A stretch of DNA of 64,000 bases, from assembly GCA_946409645.1 (NCBI GenBank), contig CAMJXE010000008.1:263-64262 (forward strand). The letters run 5' to 3'. The notes below the pieces were generated by a model. The model made no database searches. It was not told where the DNA came from and was given only the letters and a program-made list of their open reading frames with translations. The DNA is from an uncultured Bacteroidales bacterium. Lineage in GTDB: Bacteria > Bacteroidota > Bacteroidia > Bacteroidales > WCHB1-69. Position 1 is the stretch's first letter. Each line of letters starts with the position of its first letter. Shown piece by piece: positions 42,445 to 51,926 of this stretch. A program made the translations under genes and the position numbers.

Positions 42445-43551
42445 ATGAAGACATTAAACATTTCTAAAGCACTGTTATTCACAATGTTGGCCTTTTTCAC
42501 CTGCACCTACTCGAGTTGCGCCCAGAAGGAGAGCCATGGCACAAGATACGTTGATTTGACCGACGCCGCAGAGTCGTCTGTCAACGCAGTGGTCTATATC
42601 AAGACCGAATTCACGCAAAAAAATTCTATGTGGGACGACTTTTTCGGCGGCACGATATGGGAACATTTCTTTCGTTCCGCCCCAAGCACTTACCCCGTAC
42701 AGGCAGCCGGTTCAGGTGTCATCATCTCCTCCGACGGCTACATTGTCACCAACAACCATGTGGTGCAAGATGCAGAGAAGGTGACCATCACCTTGAACGA
42801 CAAGCGAGAATACAACGGTGAAATCATCGGCACCGACCCTGCTTCCGACCTCGCGCTCATCAAAATCAATGAAACGCGTCTGCCCTACCTGAAATTCGCA
42901 AACTCCGATTCCGTACGCATTGGCGAATGGGTGTTAGCAATCGGCAACCCTATGGGGCTCAACTCCACCGTCACCGCCGGCATCATCAGTGCGAAAGCCC
43001 GTCAACTCAGTACCGGCCGCAACTCCATGTCCGATGAAGTCTATCTCCAAACCGACGCTGCCGTCAACTCCGGCAATAGTGGCGGCGCCCTTGTGAATGC
43101 CGCTGGTCAACTGGTCGGCATCAACACTGCCATAGCCTCTGGAAACGGCTACTATACCGGCTACTCCTTCGCCATCCCCTCCAATATCGTGGAAAAAATC
43201 AGCCATGACCTGAAGAACTATGGCGTCACTCAACAGGCTTACCTCGGCGTTTCCATTATGGAACTGAACGCAACAAATGCTAAAGAGCTAAACCTCAGCG
43301 ATGTGAATGGTATCTACGTAGCCGAAGTATCTGACAACGGTGCCGCTGCCCAAAACGGTTTCCAAGAAGGCGATGTCATCACACATATAGACAACACGCC
43401 CGTCAACAGCCTTCCAGAAGTGCGCGGAGTACTCAAAACCAAATCTCCCGGTGACAAAGTGAAGGTCGTTTTGGTCAGAAACAAAGAAAAAATGACCAAA
43501 AATGTAACTTTATTGAATAGTAAAGGTACAACAGAAAAGGTTGAAAAATAA
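42445..43551 (+). CDS. htrA: HtrA/DegP-family serine protease with one PDZ domain
   Basis: Catalytic contexts TNNHVV (His), DLALIK (Asp), GNSGGAL (Ser). C-terminal PDZ-like region. Signal/lipoprotein-like N-terminus. Confidence 0.85.
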   Translation: MKTLNISKALLFTMLAFFTCTYSSCAQKESHGTRYVDLTDAAESSVNAVVYIKTEFTQKNSMWDDFFGGTIWEHFFRSAPSTYPVQAAGSGVIISSDGYIVTNNHVVQDAEKVTITLNDKREYNGEIIGTDPASDLALIKINETRLPYLKFANSDSVRIGEWVLAIGNPMGLNSTVTAGIISAKARQLSTGRNSMSDEVYLQTDAAVNSGNSGGALVNAAGQLVGINTAIASGNGYYTGYSFAIPSNIVEKISHDLKNYGVTQQAYLGVSIMELNATNAKELNLSDVNGIYVAEVSDNGAAAQNGFQEGDVITHIDNTPVNSLPEVRGVLKTKSPGDKVKVVLVRNKEKMTKNVTLLNSKGTTEKVEK

Positions 43552-43553
43552 AT

Positions 43554-43616
43554 GGTTATTGATTATTGAAGCTTTTGGTTTAACGTTTAAAAGTCAACAG
43601 CAAACAGCCAAAGTCA
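43554..43616. repeat. Heptad array (9 units)
   Basis: GGTTATT GATTATT GAAGCTT TTGGTTT AACGTTT AAAAGTC AACAGCA AACAGCC AAAGTCA, directly after the htrA stop. Confidence 0.8.
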
Positions 43617-43686
43617 TAAAAGATATTCCATGAGCAGACCCGATAGGGGCAAGTGCACGGTAGAAAAAGTTGAAAAGTCATTATAA

Positions 43687-44547
43687 ATGAGACAATTAAA
43701 GATATCAAAATCCATCACCAACCGCGATTCGGCTTCGCTGGAACGGTTCCTTTCGGACATCAGCAAGGTGCAGATGATCGGCGCAGACGAGGAGGTGGAA
43801 CTTGCCCGCAAGATCAAAGCGGGCGACGAGGATGCGCTTAACAAGCTGGTTACAACCAACTTACGTTTTGTCGTGTCCGTAGCAAAACAGTACCAAAATC
43901 AGGGCATCGGGTTGCAGGACCTCATTAACGAGGGCAACTTGGGACTGATCAAGGCGGCACAACGCTTCGACGAAACCCGCGGCTTCAAGTTCATCTCCTA
44001 CGCCGTCTGGTGGATTCGCCAAGCCATCCTGCAAGCCATTGCCGATCAATCACGCATCGTGCGCCTGCCGCTGAACCAAGTGGGCGTCATCAACAAAATC
44101 AAGAAAGAGACCGCTCGACTGGAGCAGTCGCTCAACCGTTTGCCCACCACTGAGGAGATTGCTAACGCCATGGATATGCCTGTCTATAAGGTGGCTGAAA
44201 TCATGAAAATGAACAATCATCCGCAATCCATCGACTCTCCCATAGCCCCCAACGAAGAGACCCGCTTCGTGGATGTTTTCGTGCACGACAATGACGACGA
44301 CACCGACACCTCTCTGATGCAAGAATCGCTCTCGTCAGAAATTAACGACCTGTTGGAAACCTTGCCTGACAAGGAAGCGGATGTGTTGCGTCTCTTCTTC
44401 GGCATCGGCACCTCCCATGAACATACTTTGGACGAGATTGGGGACAAACTTGATCTCTCGCGCGAGCGAGTGCGGCAAATCAAGGAACGTGCCCTGAAGA
44501 GATTACGCCAAAACAGCAAGAACAAAAACCTAAAAAGTTATTTATAA
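43687..44547 (+). CDS. rpoD: Primary RNA polymerase sigma factor (compact Bacteroidetes sigma-A)
   Basis: Region 2 (NLRFVVSVAKQY, YAVWWIRQAI) and region 4 (LDEIGDKLDLSRERVRQIKERAL). 286 aa. Confidence 0.9.
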   Translation: MRQLKISKSITNRDSASLERFLSDISKVQMIGADEEVELARKIKAGDEDALNKLVTTNLRFVVSVAKQYQNQGIGLQDLINEGNLGLIKAAQRFDETRGFKFISYAVWWIRQAILQAIADQSRIVRLPLNQVGVINKIKKETARLEQSLNRLPTTEEIANAMDMPVYKVAEIMKMNNHPQSIDSPIAPNEETRFVDVFVHDNDDDTDTSLMQESLSSEINDLLETLPDKEADVLRLFFGIGTSHEHTLDEIGDKLDLSRERVRQIKERALKRLRQNSKNKNLKSYL

Positions 44548-44641
44548 AATATATTCCTAAAGCAGCCCTGAAAGGGCAAAGCATATCAGCCCAAAGTAAG
44601 GACGTCAGGCAGTAGCCGGGAATCTTTGGGTCAATAATCAA

Positions 44642-45241
44642 ATGAAAAGACTATCACATATATATATTGTATGCGCAACGATTATAGTATGCGCAATGCT
44701 AACGTCATGCAAACCCAAACCGCTGCCAGAGCCCAAACCCATGGGCTATTTCCGTATTGATCTGCCTGAACATCAATACCGCCGCTTGGATACCACTCTA
44801 CCCTTCTCCTTCGAACAATCCGTTTTTGCGAACACCTCCATCGAGCCGCAACCTGACCAATCGCTTTGGGTAAATGTGACATACCCTGAACTTAGGGCCT
44901 CCTTGAGGTTCACCTGTTTCACGCTCAAAAACGCGGATAGTTTACGAAGACTGATGGTTTCGGAAGATAAAATGGTGAAATTCCACTACCAAAAAGCCGA
45001 TGATGTGCAATTTTCTATTATCAAAGACCCCGGAGCACAGATCTGGGGACAAACCTACGAAATCTACGGCAAGCAGGTGGCCACTCCATTCCAATTCTGG
45101 CTCACCGACAGTGCGCACCAATTCGTACGAGCCGCACTATATTTCGACAACACACCCAACAACGACTCTCTCCAGCCTGTCATCGATTATCTCAAAGAAG
45201 ATGCCATGCACCTCATCAACTCCTTCGCATGGAAACCCTGA
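44642..45241 (+). CDS. gldD: Lipoprotein, GldD-like
   Basis: Lipobox LTSC followed by PKPMGYFRIDLPEHQY...LPFSFEQS, as I recall for the GldD family. Confidence 0.55.
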   Translation: MKRLSHIYIVCATIIVCAMLTSCKPKPLPEPKPMGYFRIDLPEHQYRRLDTTLPFSFEQSVFANTSIEPQPDQSLWVNVTYPELRASLRFTCFTLKNADSLRRLMVSEDKMVKFHYQKADDVQFSIIKDPGAQIWGQTYEIYGKQVATPFQFWLTDSAHQFVRAALYFDNTPNNDSLQPVIDYLKEDAMHLINSFAWKP

Positions 45242-46209
45242 CACAAAACATCTTCCATATAGAATCAAAAGCGGTTTTTAACGAAACTGCTTTGCGGATT
45301 TTCCACTTTCAATACGACAGAAATTCCGTATATCAATCTTATTGTCAGCATCTTAATATCAGAGCAGAAGATATTAGAACTTTGGAAGAGATCCCCTTTC
45401 TTCCCATATCCTTTTTTAAAACACATGAGGTGAAAACAACGGAATTTGAACCAGAACTGACCTTCCGTAGCAGCGGCACAACGGGAATGCAATATTCCCA
45501 ACACCTCATCAAAGATGCGCAACTGTATCGACAAAGTCTGCTTGAAAGTTTCCGCCATTTCTACGGAGATCCATCTGAATACACCTTTTTAGCTCTGCTA
45601 CCCAACTACTTAGAGCAAAAAAACTCTTCATTAATTTATATGATGGAAGCTCTAATGCACAAATCAGGTGCAAAAGACAACGGTTATTATCTTTATAATC
45701 ACGAAGATTTATACCAAAAATTACTACAACTCCACAATAATAAACAGAAAACAATTCTATGGGGGGTTACGTTTGCTTTGCTTGATTTTGCAGAACATTA
45801 CCAAATCGATTTTCCGCAACTTATTGTATTTGAGACCGGTGGTATGAAAGGCCGTCGCAAAGAAATGGTAAAAGAAGAACTTTACGACATCCTGCGGAAG
45901 GCGTTTGGAGTGCCCGATATCCACTCCGAATACGGCATGTGCGAGCTGCTGTCGCAAGCCTATAGTAGAGGAGGAAACCTCTTTACCACCCCGCCTTGGA
46001 TGCAACTGCGATTGCGGAACGAAAAAGACCCTTTGGACGGTAGCAATTCCGTAAGCACCGGTGTCATCAACGTCGTCGATCTGGCCAATATCTACAGCTG
46101 CTCCTTCATTGCGACGGAGGATTTAGGTCGCCGGCATCCGCAAGGAATTGAAATACTCGGTCGCCTTGACCATTCTCAGTTACGTGGTTGTAATCTTATG
46201 GTACTGTAA
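45229..46209 (+). CDS. LuxE/PaaK-like acyl-protein synthetase family protein
   Basis: FHFQYDRNSVYQSYC..EEIPFLPISFFK N-terminus and TSGTTG adenylation motif (SSGTTGM) resemble the Bacteroidetes LuxE-like family. The ATG overlaps the gldD-like gene by 13 nt. Confidence 0.55.
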   Translation: METLTQNIFHIESKAVFNETALRIFHFQYDRNSVYQSYCQHLNIRAEDIRTLEEIPFLPISFFKTHEVKTTEFEPELTFRSSGTTGMQYSQHLIKDAQLYRQSLLESFRHFYGDPSEYTFLALLPNYLEQKNSSLIYMMEALMHKSGAKDNGYYLYNHEDLYQKLLQLHNNKQKTILWGVTFALLDFAEHYQIDFPQLIVFETGGMKGRRKEMVKEELYDILRKAFGVPDIHSEYGMCELLSQAYSRGGNLFTTPPWMQLRLRNEKDPLDGSNSVSTGVINVVDLANIYSCSFIATEDLGRRHPQGIEILGRLDHSQLRGCNLMVL

Positions 46210-46215
46210 AAAATG

Positions 46216-46223
46216 TACCTTTG
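46216..46223 (+). promoter_or_regulatory. -7 box (TACCTTTG) for the FMN-binding protein gene
   Basis: AAAAAATGTACCTTTGCAG. 70 nt upstream of ATG 46294. Confidence 0.5.
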
Positions 46224-46293
46224 CAGCCTCGTTAAAAACGAGATAAAATATCGTATATTATTTATTATCAGAAAATTAAAAGCAAAAGTCACT

Positions 46294-46698
46294 ATGAAGA
46301 AAGGAATGTTTGCCCTCATCAGCGCAATGTTGGTGATCATCGCCGCGGTTTTCATCTGCGCCACCTCAGGCGACAAAGTGATGACTAAAGAGAAAGGCGT
46401 TTACATTGTGAACACCACCACCTTGACACAGGATGTCATCGGTTATAACGGTACAACCCCGCTGAAAATCTACATCAAGAACGACATAATCCAGAAAATT
46501 GAGGCACTACCCAACGAAGAGACCCCTGGATTTTTCGCCAGAGTCCAAGAGAACCTGCTGAACAAGTGGAACGGCATGACCGTCAAGCAAGCAGCCAATA
46601 CCGAAGTGGATGTCATATCTGGGGCTACCTATTCCTCTAACGCAGTGAAAGCTAACGTAAAGACAGGGGTGCAATATTACCAAAAACACAAAAAATAG
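46294..46698 (+). CDS. FMN-binding domain protein (membrane anchored)
   Basis: TM anchor plus VISGATYSSNAV, the FMN_bind signature (covalent FMN Thr/Ser context). ATG 46294 lies 70 nt after a TACCTTTG box. Confidence 0.65.
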   Translation: MKKGMFALISAMLVIIAAVFICATSGDKVMTKEKGVYIVNTTTLTQDVIGYNGTTPLKIYIKNDIIQKIEALPNEETPGFFARVQENLLNKWNGMTVKQAANTEVDVISGATYSSNAVKANVKTGVQYYQKHKK

Positions 46699-46750
46699 GA
46701 ACGTATCGCATCCTGCCAATTGTGGCAAGGGGCTCTATGGAAAAGGCAAC

Positions 46751-48055
46751 ATGACGAGGCAGTGGTTATTTATTCGCATAGGCATTTTAGGAATGCTGTT
46801 ATTTATGGCGGAAAAGGTTGCTTTTGCCCAAGGACCGGACACCATCCGCATGATGCAATATAATTTGATGTATTACACCAATAATTCTGGCGTTTCGGAA
46901 TGCAACAGCATCACAAACAACCTGAACACCAAGGATATGCACATTAAGACGATTTTCCAGTATGTGCAACCCACGGTGATGTGTGTGTGCGAAATGGGGT
47001 CACAAAATCAATATGCCGATCGGCTGCTCAACAACGCCATCAACACCGATGGCATTAATTATTACAAGCGAGGTCCACTCACCAACCAGTCGGGCGGATA
47101 CCTTGCCAATATGGTTTACTACGACTCGCGCAAACTGACCCTGTACAAATCGACATGCATAAACACTTCATACAGAGATATTAACGGTTACACTTTCTAC
47201 TACAACGCCGACAATTTATCCTCAGGTGATACTATCTTCATGACTTATTGGATTGGACATTTGAAAGCTGGTTCAGGATATTCCAACGAATCCTACCGTT
47301 TGACTCAGGTTCAAAAACTGATGAATCGTATCTCCAATTCAGGAATGCCAGGGAACTATATCTTTTCGGGTGACTTCAATATCTATTATAATGAAGAACC
47401 TGCTTACCAAGAACTTACAGAGTACTCCAACAGTCTTTACCGTTTCTACGACCCTGCTAATAGTCCTGGCTATTGGCACAACAATCCACAATTCGCCTCG
47501 CTCCACACCCAATCCACACACAACCAATCGACTGATTGCTTCGCAGACGGTGGACTGGACGACCGTTTCGACATCATCCTAGTTTCCCCATACATCTACT
47601 ATGGCAGTGACAGACTACACCTCATTGAAGGTTCTTATCATGTTGTGGGACAGGACGGTATGCGGTTCAATGGTTCGGTGCTGTCACCCACCAACTCTTC
47701 GGTACCAAATGATGTCGCTCTTGCACTTTACTATCAATCTGACCACCTGCCTGTTGTCATGGATATGGCCATTGACGCGCACGTAGGCGTAATCGAACAT
47801 ACCTCAGACTATTACATCAATGTACACAATCCGGTTCGGGAGTCACTACAAGTCGAAATGCAGAGCAATCGCCCCGAAGAATACACTATTTCCATTTTCA
47901 CTATAGAAGGGAAACTACTTGGCAGCTACCAGGAAAACATGTCTGAAGGGGTGCGCCGTTTATCTTACCCATTTCCTTATGGCAAAGGAGCTTATATCAT
48001 CGTATTTCAGGACAAAAAAGGTCAAAAAACAGTAAAAAAAGTAATCGCTTTTTGA
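46751..48055 (+). CDS. Endonuclease/exonuclease/phosphatase (EEP) family protein with T9SS C-terminal sorting domain
   Basis: Signal peptide. IRMMQYNL N-terminal and QSDHLPVVMDM C-terminal EEP motifs. The last roughly 80 aa (INVHNPVRESLQVEM...KKVIAF) look like a T9SS CTD. Confidence 0.75.
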   Translation: MTRQWLFIRIGILGMLLFMAEKVAFAQGPDTIRMMQYNLMYYTNNSGVSECNSITNNLNTKDMHIKTIFQYVQPTVMCVCEMGSQNQYADRLLNNAINTDGINYYKRGPLTNQSGGYLANMVYYDSRKLTLYKSTCINTSYRDINGYTFYYNADNLSSGDTIFMTYWIGHLKAGSGYSNESYRLTQVQKLMNRISNSGMPGNYIFSGDFNIYYNEEPAYQELTEYSNSLYRFYDPANSPGYWHNNPQFASLHTQSTHNQSTDCFADGGLDDRFDIILVSPYIYYGSDRLHLIEGSYHVVGQDGMRFNGSVLSPTNSSVPNDVALALYYQSDHLPVVMDMAIDAHVGVIEHTSDYYINVHNPVRESLQVEMQSNRPEEYTISIFTIEGKLLGSYQENMSEGVRRLSYPFPYGKGAYIIVFQDKKGQKTVKKVIAF

Positions 48056-48105
48056 CATTTTACGAACAATCATTAACCAAAAAATCACTTTGTGCAAAAA
48101 AAATG

Positions 48106-48113
48106 TATCTTTG
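48106..48113 (+). promoter_or_regulatory. -7 box (TATCTTTG) for the dksA-like gene
   Basis: AAAAAAAATGTATCTTTGCAC. 39 nt upstream of ATG 48153. Confidence 0.55.
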
Positions 48114-48152
48114 CACGTTCAATTATTCACCAATAATAACATTTAAAATATT

Positions 48153-48539
48153 ATGAGCGAAGTAGTTGTAAACCGTTATTCCGATGAAGATTTGGAAGAA
48201 TTCAGAGCCTTAATCGAGAAAAAAATCGAAGAAGCAAAGAAGAATCTCGAAGTATATCAGGAGGCATACAGTGGTGTCGGCAATGACACTAAGGACACTG
48301 CTCCTACTTTCAAGAACCTCGAAGAGGGGAACCAAGTGCTCTCCAAAGAGGAAAATGGTCGCTTGATGGCTCGACTGGTAAAATATATCTCCAACCTGGA
48401 GGCTGCTTTGGTACGTATTGAAAATAAGACATACGGCGTGGACCGCATCACTGGCAAACTTATCCCCAAGGAACGCCTGAGAATCGTCCCTCACGCTACG
48501 TTAGATATCGATACCAAACTGCAAGAGAAGAAGAAATAA
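48153..48539 (+). CDS. DksA/TraR-family protein (Cys-less variant)
   Basis: Coiled-coil N-terminus and C-terminal RIENKTYGVDRITGKLIPKERLRIVPHAT resemble the Bacteroidetes TraR/DksA family. There are no Cys in the zinc-finger positions. Confidence 0.55.
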   Translation: MSEVVVNRYSDEDLEEFRALIEKKIEEAKKNLEVYQEAYSGVGNDTKDTAPTFKNLEEGNQVLSKEENGRLMARLVKYISNLEAALVRIENKTYGVDRITGKLIPKERLRIVPHATLDIDTKLQEKKK

Positions 48540-48554
48540 TTTCTTACGCGGCCA

Positions 48555-50300
48555 ATGATAACCGCGATGCGACCATTATTAGATATAGACGATTTGTCGC
48601 TCGAACTTCGGCGCGACACCCAATGGAATCCTATTCTACATCAGATCAGCTTTTCCCTCCATGAAGGAGAAACATTGGGTATTGTCGGTGAGTCTGGCTC
48701 TGGAAAATCAGTAACTGCACTGTCCGTCATGCAGTTACTGAATTCAAAAATCGCCCGCTACCCATCTGGGCGCATCCTCTTCCATCATCGGCAAGACCAC
48801 AATCCCATCGACATTCTGAAAGCACCGGAAACGGTCATGCAAACCCTGAGGGGAAACCAAATCGGCATGATTTTCCAAGAACCGATGACCTCTTTGAACC
48901 CAGTCATCCGGTGTGGTGAACAAATTACAGAACAGATACTTCTACACAACAAAATCGACGAGAAAGAGGCCAAAGAGCGCGTCCTCAGTCTGTTCGACGA
49001 AGTGCGGCTTCCACGACCCACACAGATTTTCGGCTCTTACCCGCATGAACTCTCTGGTGGACAGAAACAGCGCATCATGATTGCTATGGCCATGAGCTGC
49101 AACCCCAAACTGCTCATCGCCGACGAGCCTACCACCGCATTGGATGTCACCATCCAGAAAAACATCCTCGAACTGATCCGCAATTTACAAGAAAAACATG
49201 GAATGGGAGTGCTGTTCATCACCCACGATCTCGGAGTGGTAGCCGAAATCGCGGACCGCACTATCGTGATGTACAAAGGCAATATCGTGGAAGAAAACAC
49301 TGTCCGCAACATCTTTCTGAACCCAAAACACGCTTACACTAAGCAACTTATCGCTTGTCGTCCCTCCATGACAACGCGACTGAAAAAGCTCCCGCAAGTA
49401 GCCGATTTTGATGGTAACACCGATGTTGACATGCAACAAGTTCTTGACCAATTGACCATATCCCCTGAAGAACGAAAAACAACACTCAACACTATCTATT
49501 CTGGAGATAAAATCATCAGAATCAACAACTTAAATAAAGTTTACAAAGTCAGAAAACGGAAAATTTTTGAGAGACAGCAATATTTTCATGCACTGCACGA
49601 CATCAGCCTCGACATTTACGAAGGGGAGACCCTTGGGCTGGTCGGGGAGTCGGGATGTGGCAAAACCACTTTGGGACGTTCCATGCTGCGACTGATCGAG
49701 CCCACTTCTGGCGACGTTTTTTATCGCGGAAGGAATCTCGTTCAACTTCCCAATTCGGAAATGCGGAAGATGAGAAAAGAGATGCAAATCATCCTGCAAG
49801 ATCCCTATTCTTCTCTCAACCAGCGACTTACTATCGGCGAAGCCCTATTGGAGCCAATGCGGGTTCATGGCATTCTGTCTAACGATAATGAACGTAAAAA
49901 ACGAGTGATCGAGCTTTTGGAACGCGTAAGTCTCAATGAATCACATTTTTACAGATATCCTCACGAATTCTCCGGGGGGCAACGGCAACGTATTTCTATT
50001 GCACGTGCGTTAGCGGTTAACCCGAAATTCATTATCTGCGATGAATCGGTTTCTGCCCTTGACGTATCGGTGCAGGCACAAGTTCTGAACCTTCTCAACG
50101 AACTCAAAGCCGAATACCATTTCACCTACATCTTCATCTCACACGATTTTTCGGTGGTAAAGTTCATGTCCGACCGCATTGCCGTCATGCAACAAGGTGT
50201 CATCGTGGAAACGGGTGAGGCAGATGCCCTTTGCGCAAATCCTCAGACGGAATACGCCAAAAAACTTATCAGTGCCATACCTAAAGGAATCGTTGGTTAA
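48555..50300 (+). CDS. ABC transporter ATP-binding protein with two ATPase cassettes (Dpp/Opp D-F fusion type)
   Basis: Walker A GESGSGKS and GESGCGKT. Signatures LSGGQKQR and FSGGQRQR. Walker B LLIADEPT and FIICDESV. An alternative ATG lies at 48567. Confidence 0.85.
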   Translation: MITAMRPLLDIDDLSLELRRDTQWNPILHQISFSLHEGETLGIVGESGSGKSVTALSVMQLLNSKIARYPSGRILFHHRQDHNPIDILKAPETVMQTLRGNQIGMIFQEPMTSLNPVIRCGEQITEQILLHNKIDEKEAKERVLSLFDEVRLPRPTQIFGSYPHELSGGQKQRIMIAMAMSCNPKLLIADEPTTALDVTIQKNILELIRNLQEKHGMGVLFITHDLGVVAEIADRTIVMYKGNIVEENTVRNIFLNPKHAYTKQLIACRPSMTTRLKKLPQVADFDGNTDVDMQQVLDQLTISPEERKTTLNTIYSGDKIIRINNLNKVYKVRKRKIFERQQYFHALHDISLDIYEGETLGLVGESGCGKTTLGRSMLRLIEPTSGDVFYRGRNLVQLPNSEMRKMRKEMQIILQDPYSSLNQRLTIGEALLEPMRVHGILSNDNERKKRVIELLERVSLNESHFYRYPHEFSGGQRQRISIARALAVNPKFIICDESVSALDVSVQAQVLNLLNELKAEYHFTYIFISHDFSVVKFMSDRIAVMQQGVIVETGEADALCANPQTEYAKKLISAIPKGIVG

Positions 50301-50356
50301 TAATACAATATTTAATCTGTTTTTACGTTTCACACCTTTATTTAAAAAAAAATATA

Positions 50357-51271
50357 ATGTACAACATCTTGAAAATCATTATCCGAATCGGCATTGGCGT
50401 GTTTTTTATCGTCTCCGCCATTTTAAAACTTTTGTCTTTAGATCATTTCGAACTCTATATCTACAGTTTCAATCTGTTCAATCTCACGCTGAGTGGATTG
50501 GCCGCACGTAGTATTATAGCCGCTGAAGTATTGGTCGGTATCCTCTTGATTACCAAGGTAAAATATAAACCGGCTTGGTGGCTCACCCTTTTGATGCTCA
50601 TCGGATTCTCCCTATTGCTTGTTTATGTAATCCTTTTCAGAAACGACTCTAACTGTCACTGTATGGGCGAATTGGTGGAAATGAAGCCGTCCATTTCCCT
50701 TATCAAAAACTTCGTAGGCATCGCACTGTTGTTCCTTATTCGCAAAGAGGAGGATTACGCATTCCGGAAACGCACACGCGTGCTTGTGCTGGCCGGTACC
50801 CTTCTCGCTGCTATCGTGCCTCCTTTCGTCCTCTTCCCCATCGACAACATCTATTCCGCTATTTTCAAATCCGACAAAAACAATTTCAATGAAGCCTCTT
50901 TCAACGCGCTGATGGCGGACTCTACCATGCAGGATGTCAATCTTGACAAAGGCAATTATATTGTGGGAATCGTCTCCTCTGGATGTGAATTTTGCCGCAC
51001 AAGCTGCCTGAAAATGTCCGAAATCGCCAAACACAACCAACTGGACAGCACTAAAATCATCTATTTCATCTGGGGTGACAGCACTTCCGTCAAAGCATTT
51101 CCTGCTGAAACCAAAACTGAGGCGTTCAGATACGTCAAGATTAATCCACTTATGGCCATCCGCGTCACCAACACCTTCCCTTTGTATCTTTTCATGAAGG
51201 ATGGCTCTGTGGAAAGGACGGCTGATTTACACCAATTGACTGAAAATTCTGTAATTTTACATTTGGAATGA
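50357..51271 (+). CDS. MauE/DoxX-like membrane domain fused to a thioredoxin-like domain
   Basis: Four or five N-terminal TM helices (IGIGVFFIVSAILKL..). The C-terminal soluble part has a CxxC motif (SSGCEFC). Confidence 0.5.
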   Translation: MYNILKIIIRIGIGVFFIVSAILKLLSLDHFELYIYSFNLFNLTLSGLAARSIIAAEVLVGILLITKVKYKPAWWLTLLMLIGFSLLLVYVILFRNDSNCHCMGELVEMKPSISLIKNFVGIALLFLIRKEEDYAFRKRTRVLVLAGTLLAAIVPPFVLFPIDNIYSAIFKSDKNNFNEASFNALMADSTMQDVNLDKGNYIVGIVSSGCEFCRTSCLKMSEIAKHNQLDSTKIIYFIWGDSTSVKAFPAETKTEAFRYVKINPLMAIRVTNTFPLYLFMKDGSVERTADLHQLTENSVILHLE

Positions 51272-51280
51272 TATTTTTTG

Positions 51281-51288
51281 TATTTTTG
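51281..51288 (+). promoter_or_regulatory. -7 box (TATTTTTG) for the 51341 gene
   Basis: TTTTTTGTATTTTTGCAG. 52 nt upstream of ATG 51341. Confidence 0.5.
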
Positions 51289-51340
51289 CAGAAATTTTTA
51301 ATTTGTATTTCAATTAATCTCAAAACAAACAACAACTCTT

Positions 51341-51889
51341 ATGGCTTTAAACGATAAAAAGAGACACGATATTTACAACTTTTATTCAGAAAACGGCTTC
51401 CAGCACCCGACTGATGAGATAGTTGACAAGCTGAACATTTGTCACAAAACATTTTTCAACAGATATGGCACCAAAGCCAATTCTATCGAAATCGCATGGG
51501 AATATTGGCAACAAATGTGTTTTCAGAAATGGAACTCCATTATGATGAACTGCAATCATAGCGTGGAAGAGTTGACCATGACGTTATATAATATCTATTC
51601 CATCCGATTCGATTATCCCCATTACTACAAATACACGCGCGATCAGCGTAAATATCTCAATGAAAATTCATTTTTCTATTCCGCGATACAAAGAGTGTTG
51701 GAAAAAGGGAAAAAATGCTTTCATGTTTACGAGAATCTGAACAACCAAACCTATATCACTTTCGTGTTGAATAACATGTTTTTGATTGACAATGAGCATC
51801 ACAACAAGGCTGAAGTGCTGAAATATGTACTCCTTCCCGCCCTCACGGAACGAGGAATTGAACTCTTTATGGAAACCCCCTTTGCATAA
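51341..51889 (+). CDS. Hypothetical protein, possible TetR-like HTH at the N-terminus
   Basis: PTDEIVDKLNICHKTFFNRYGTKANSI weakly resembles a TetR HTH. ATG lies 52 nt after a TATTTTTG box. Confidence 0.35.
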   Translation: MALNDKKRHDIYNFYSENGFQHPTDEIVDKLNICHKTFFNRYGTKANSIEIAWEYWQQMCFQKWNSIMMNCNHSVEELTMTLYNIYSIRFDYPHYYKYTRDQRKYLNENSFFYSAIQRVLEKGKKCFHVYENLNNQTYITFVLNNMFLIDNEHHNKAEVLKYVLLPALTERGIELFMETPFA

Positions 51890-51899
51890 ATAAAAAACG

Positions 51900-51907
51900 T
51901 ATTTTTG
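51900..51907 (+). promoter_or_regulatory. -7 box (TATTTTTG) for the aminotransferase gene
   Basis: AAAAACGTATTTTTGCGC. 19 nt upstream of ATG 51927. Confidence 0.55.
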
Positions 51908-51926
51908 CGCCAAAAATAAAAAGAGG

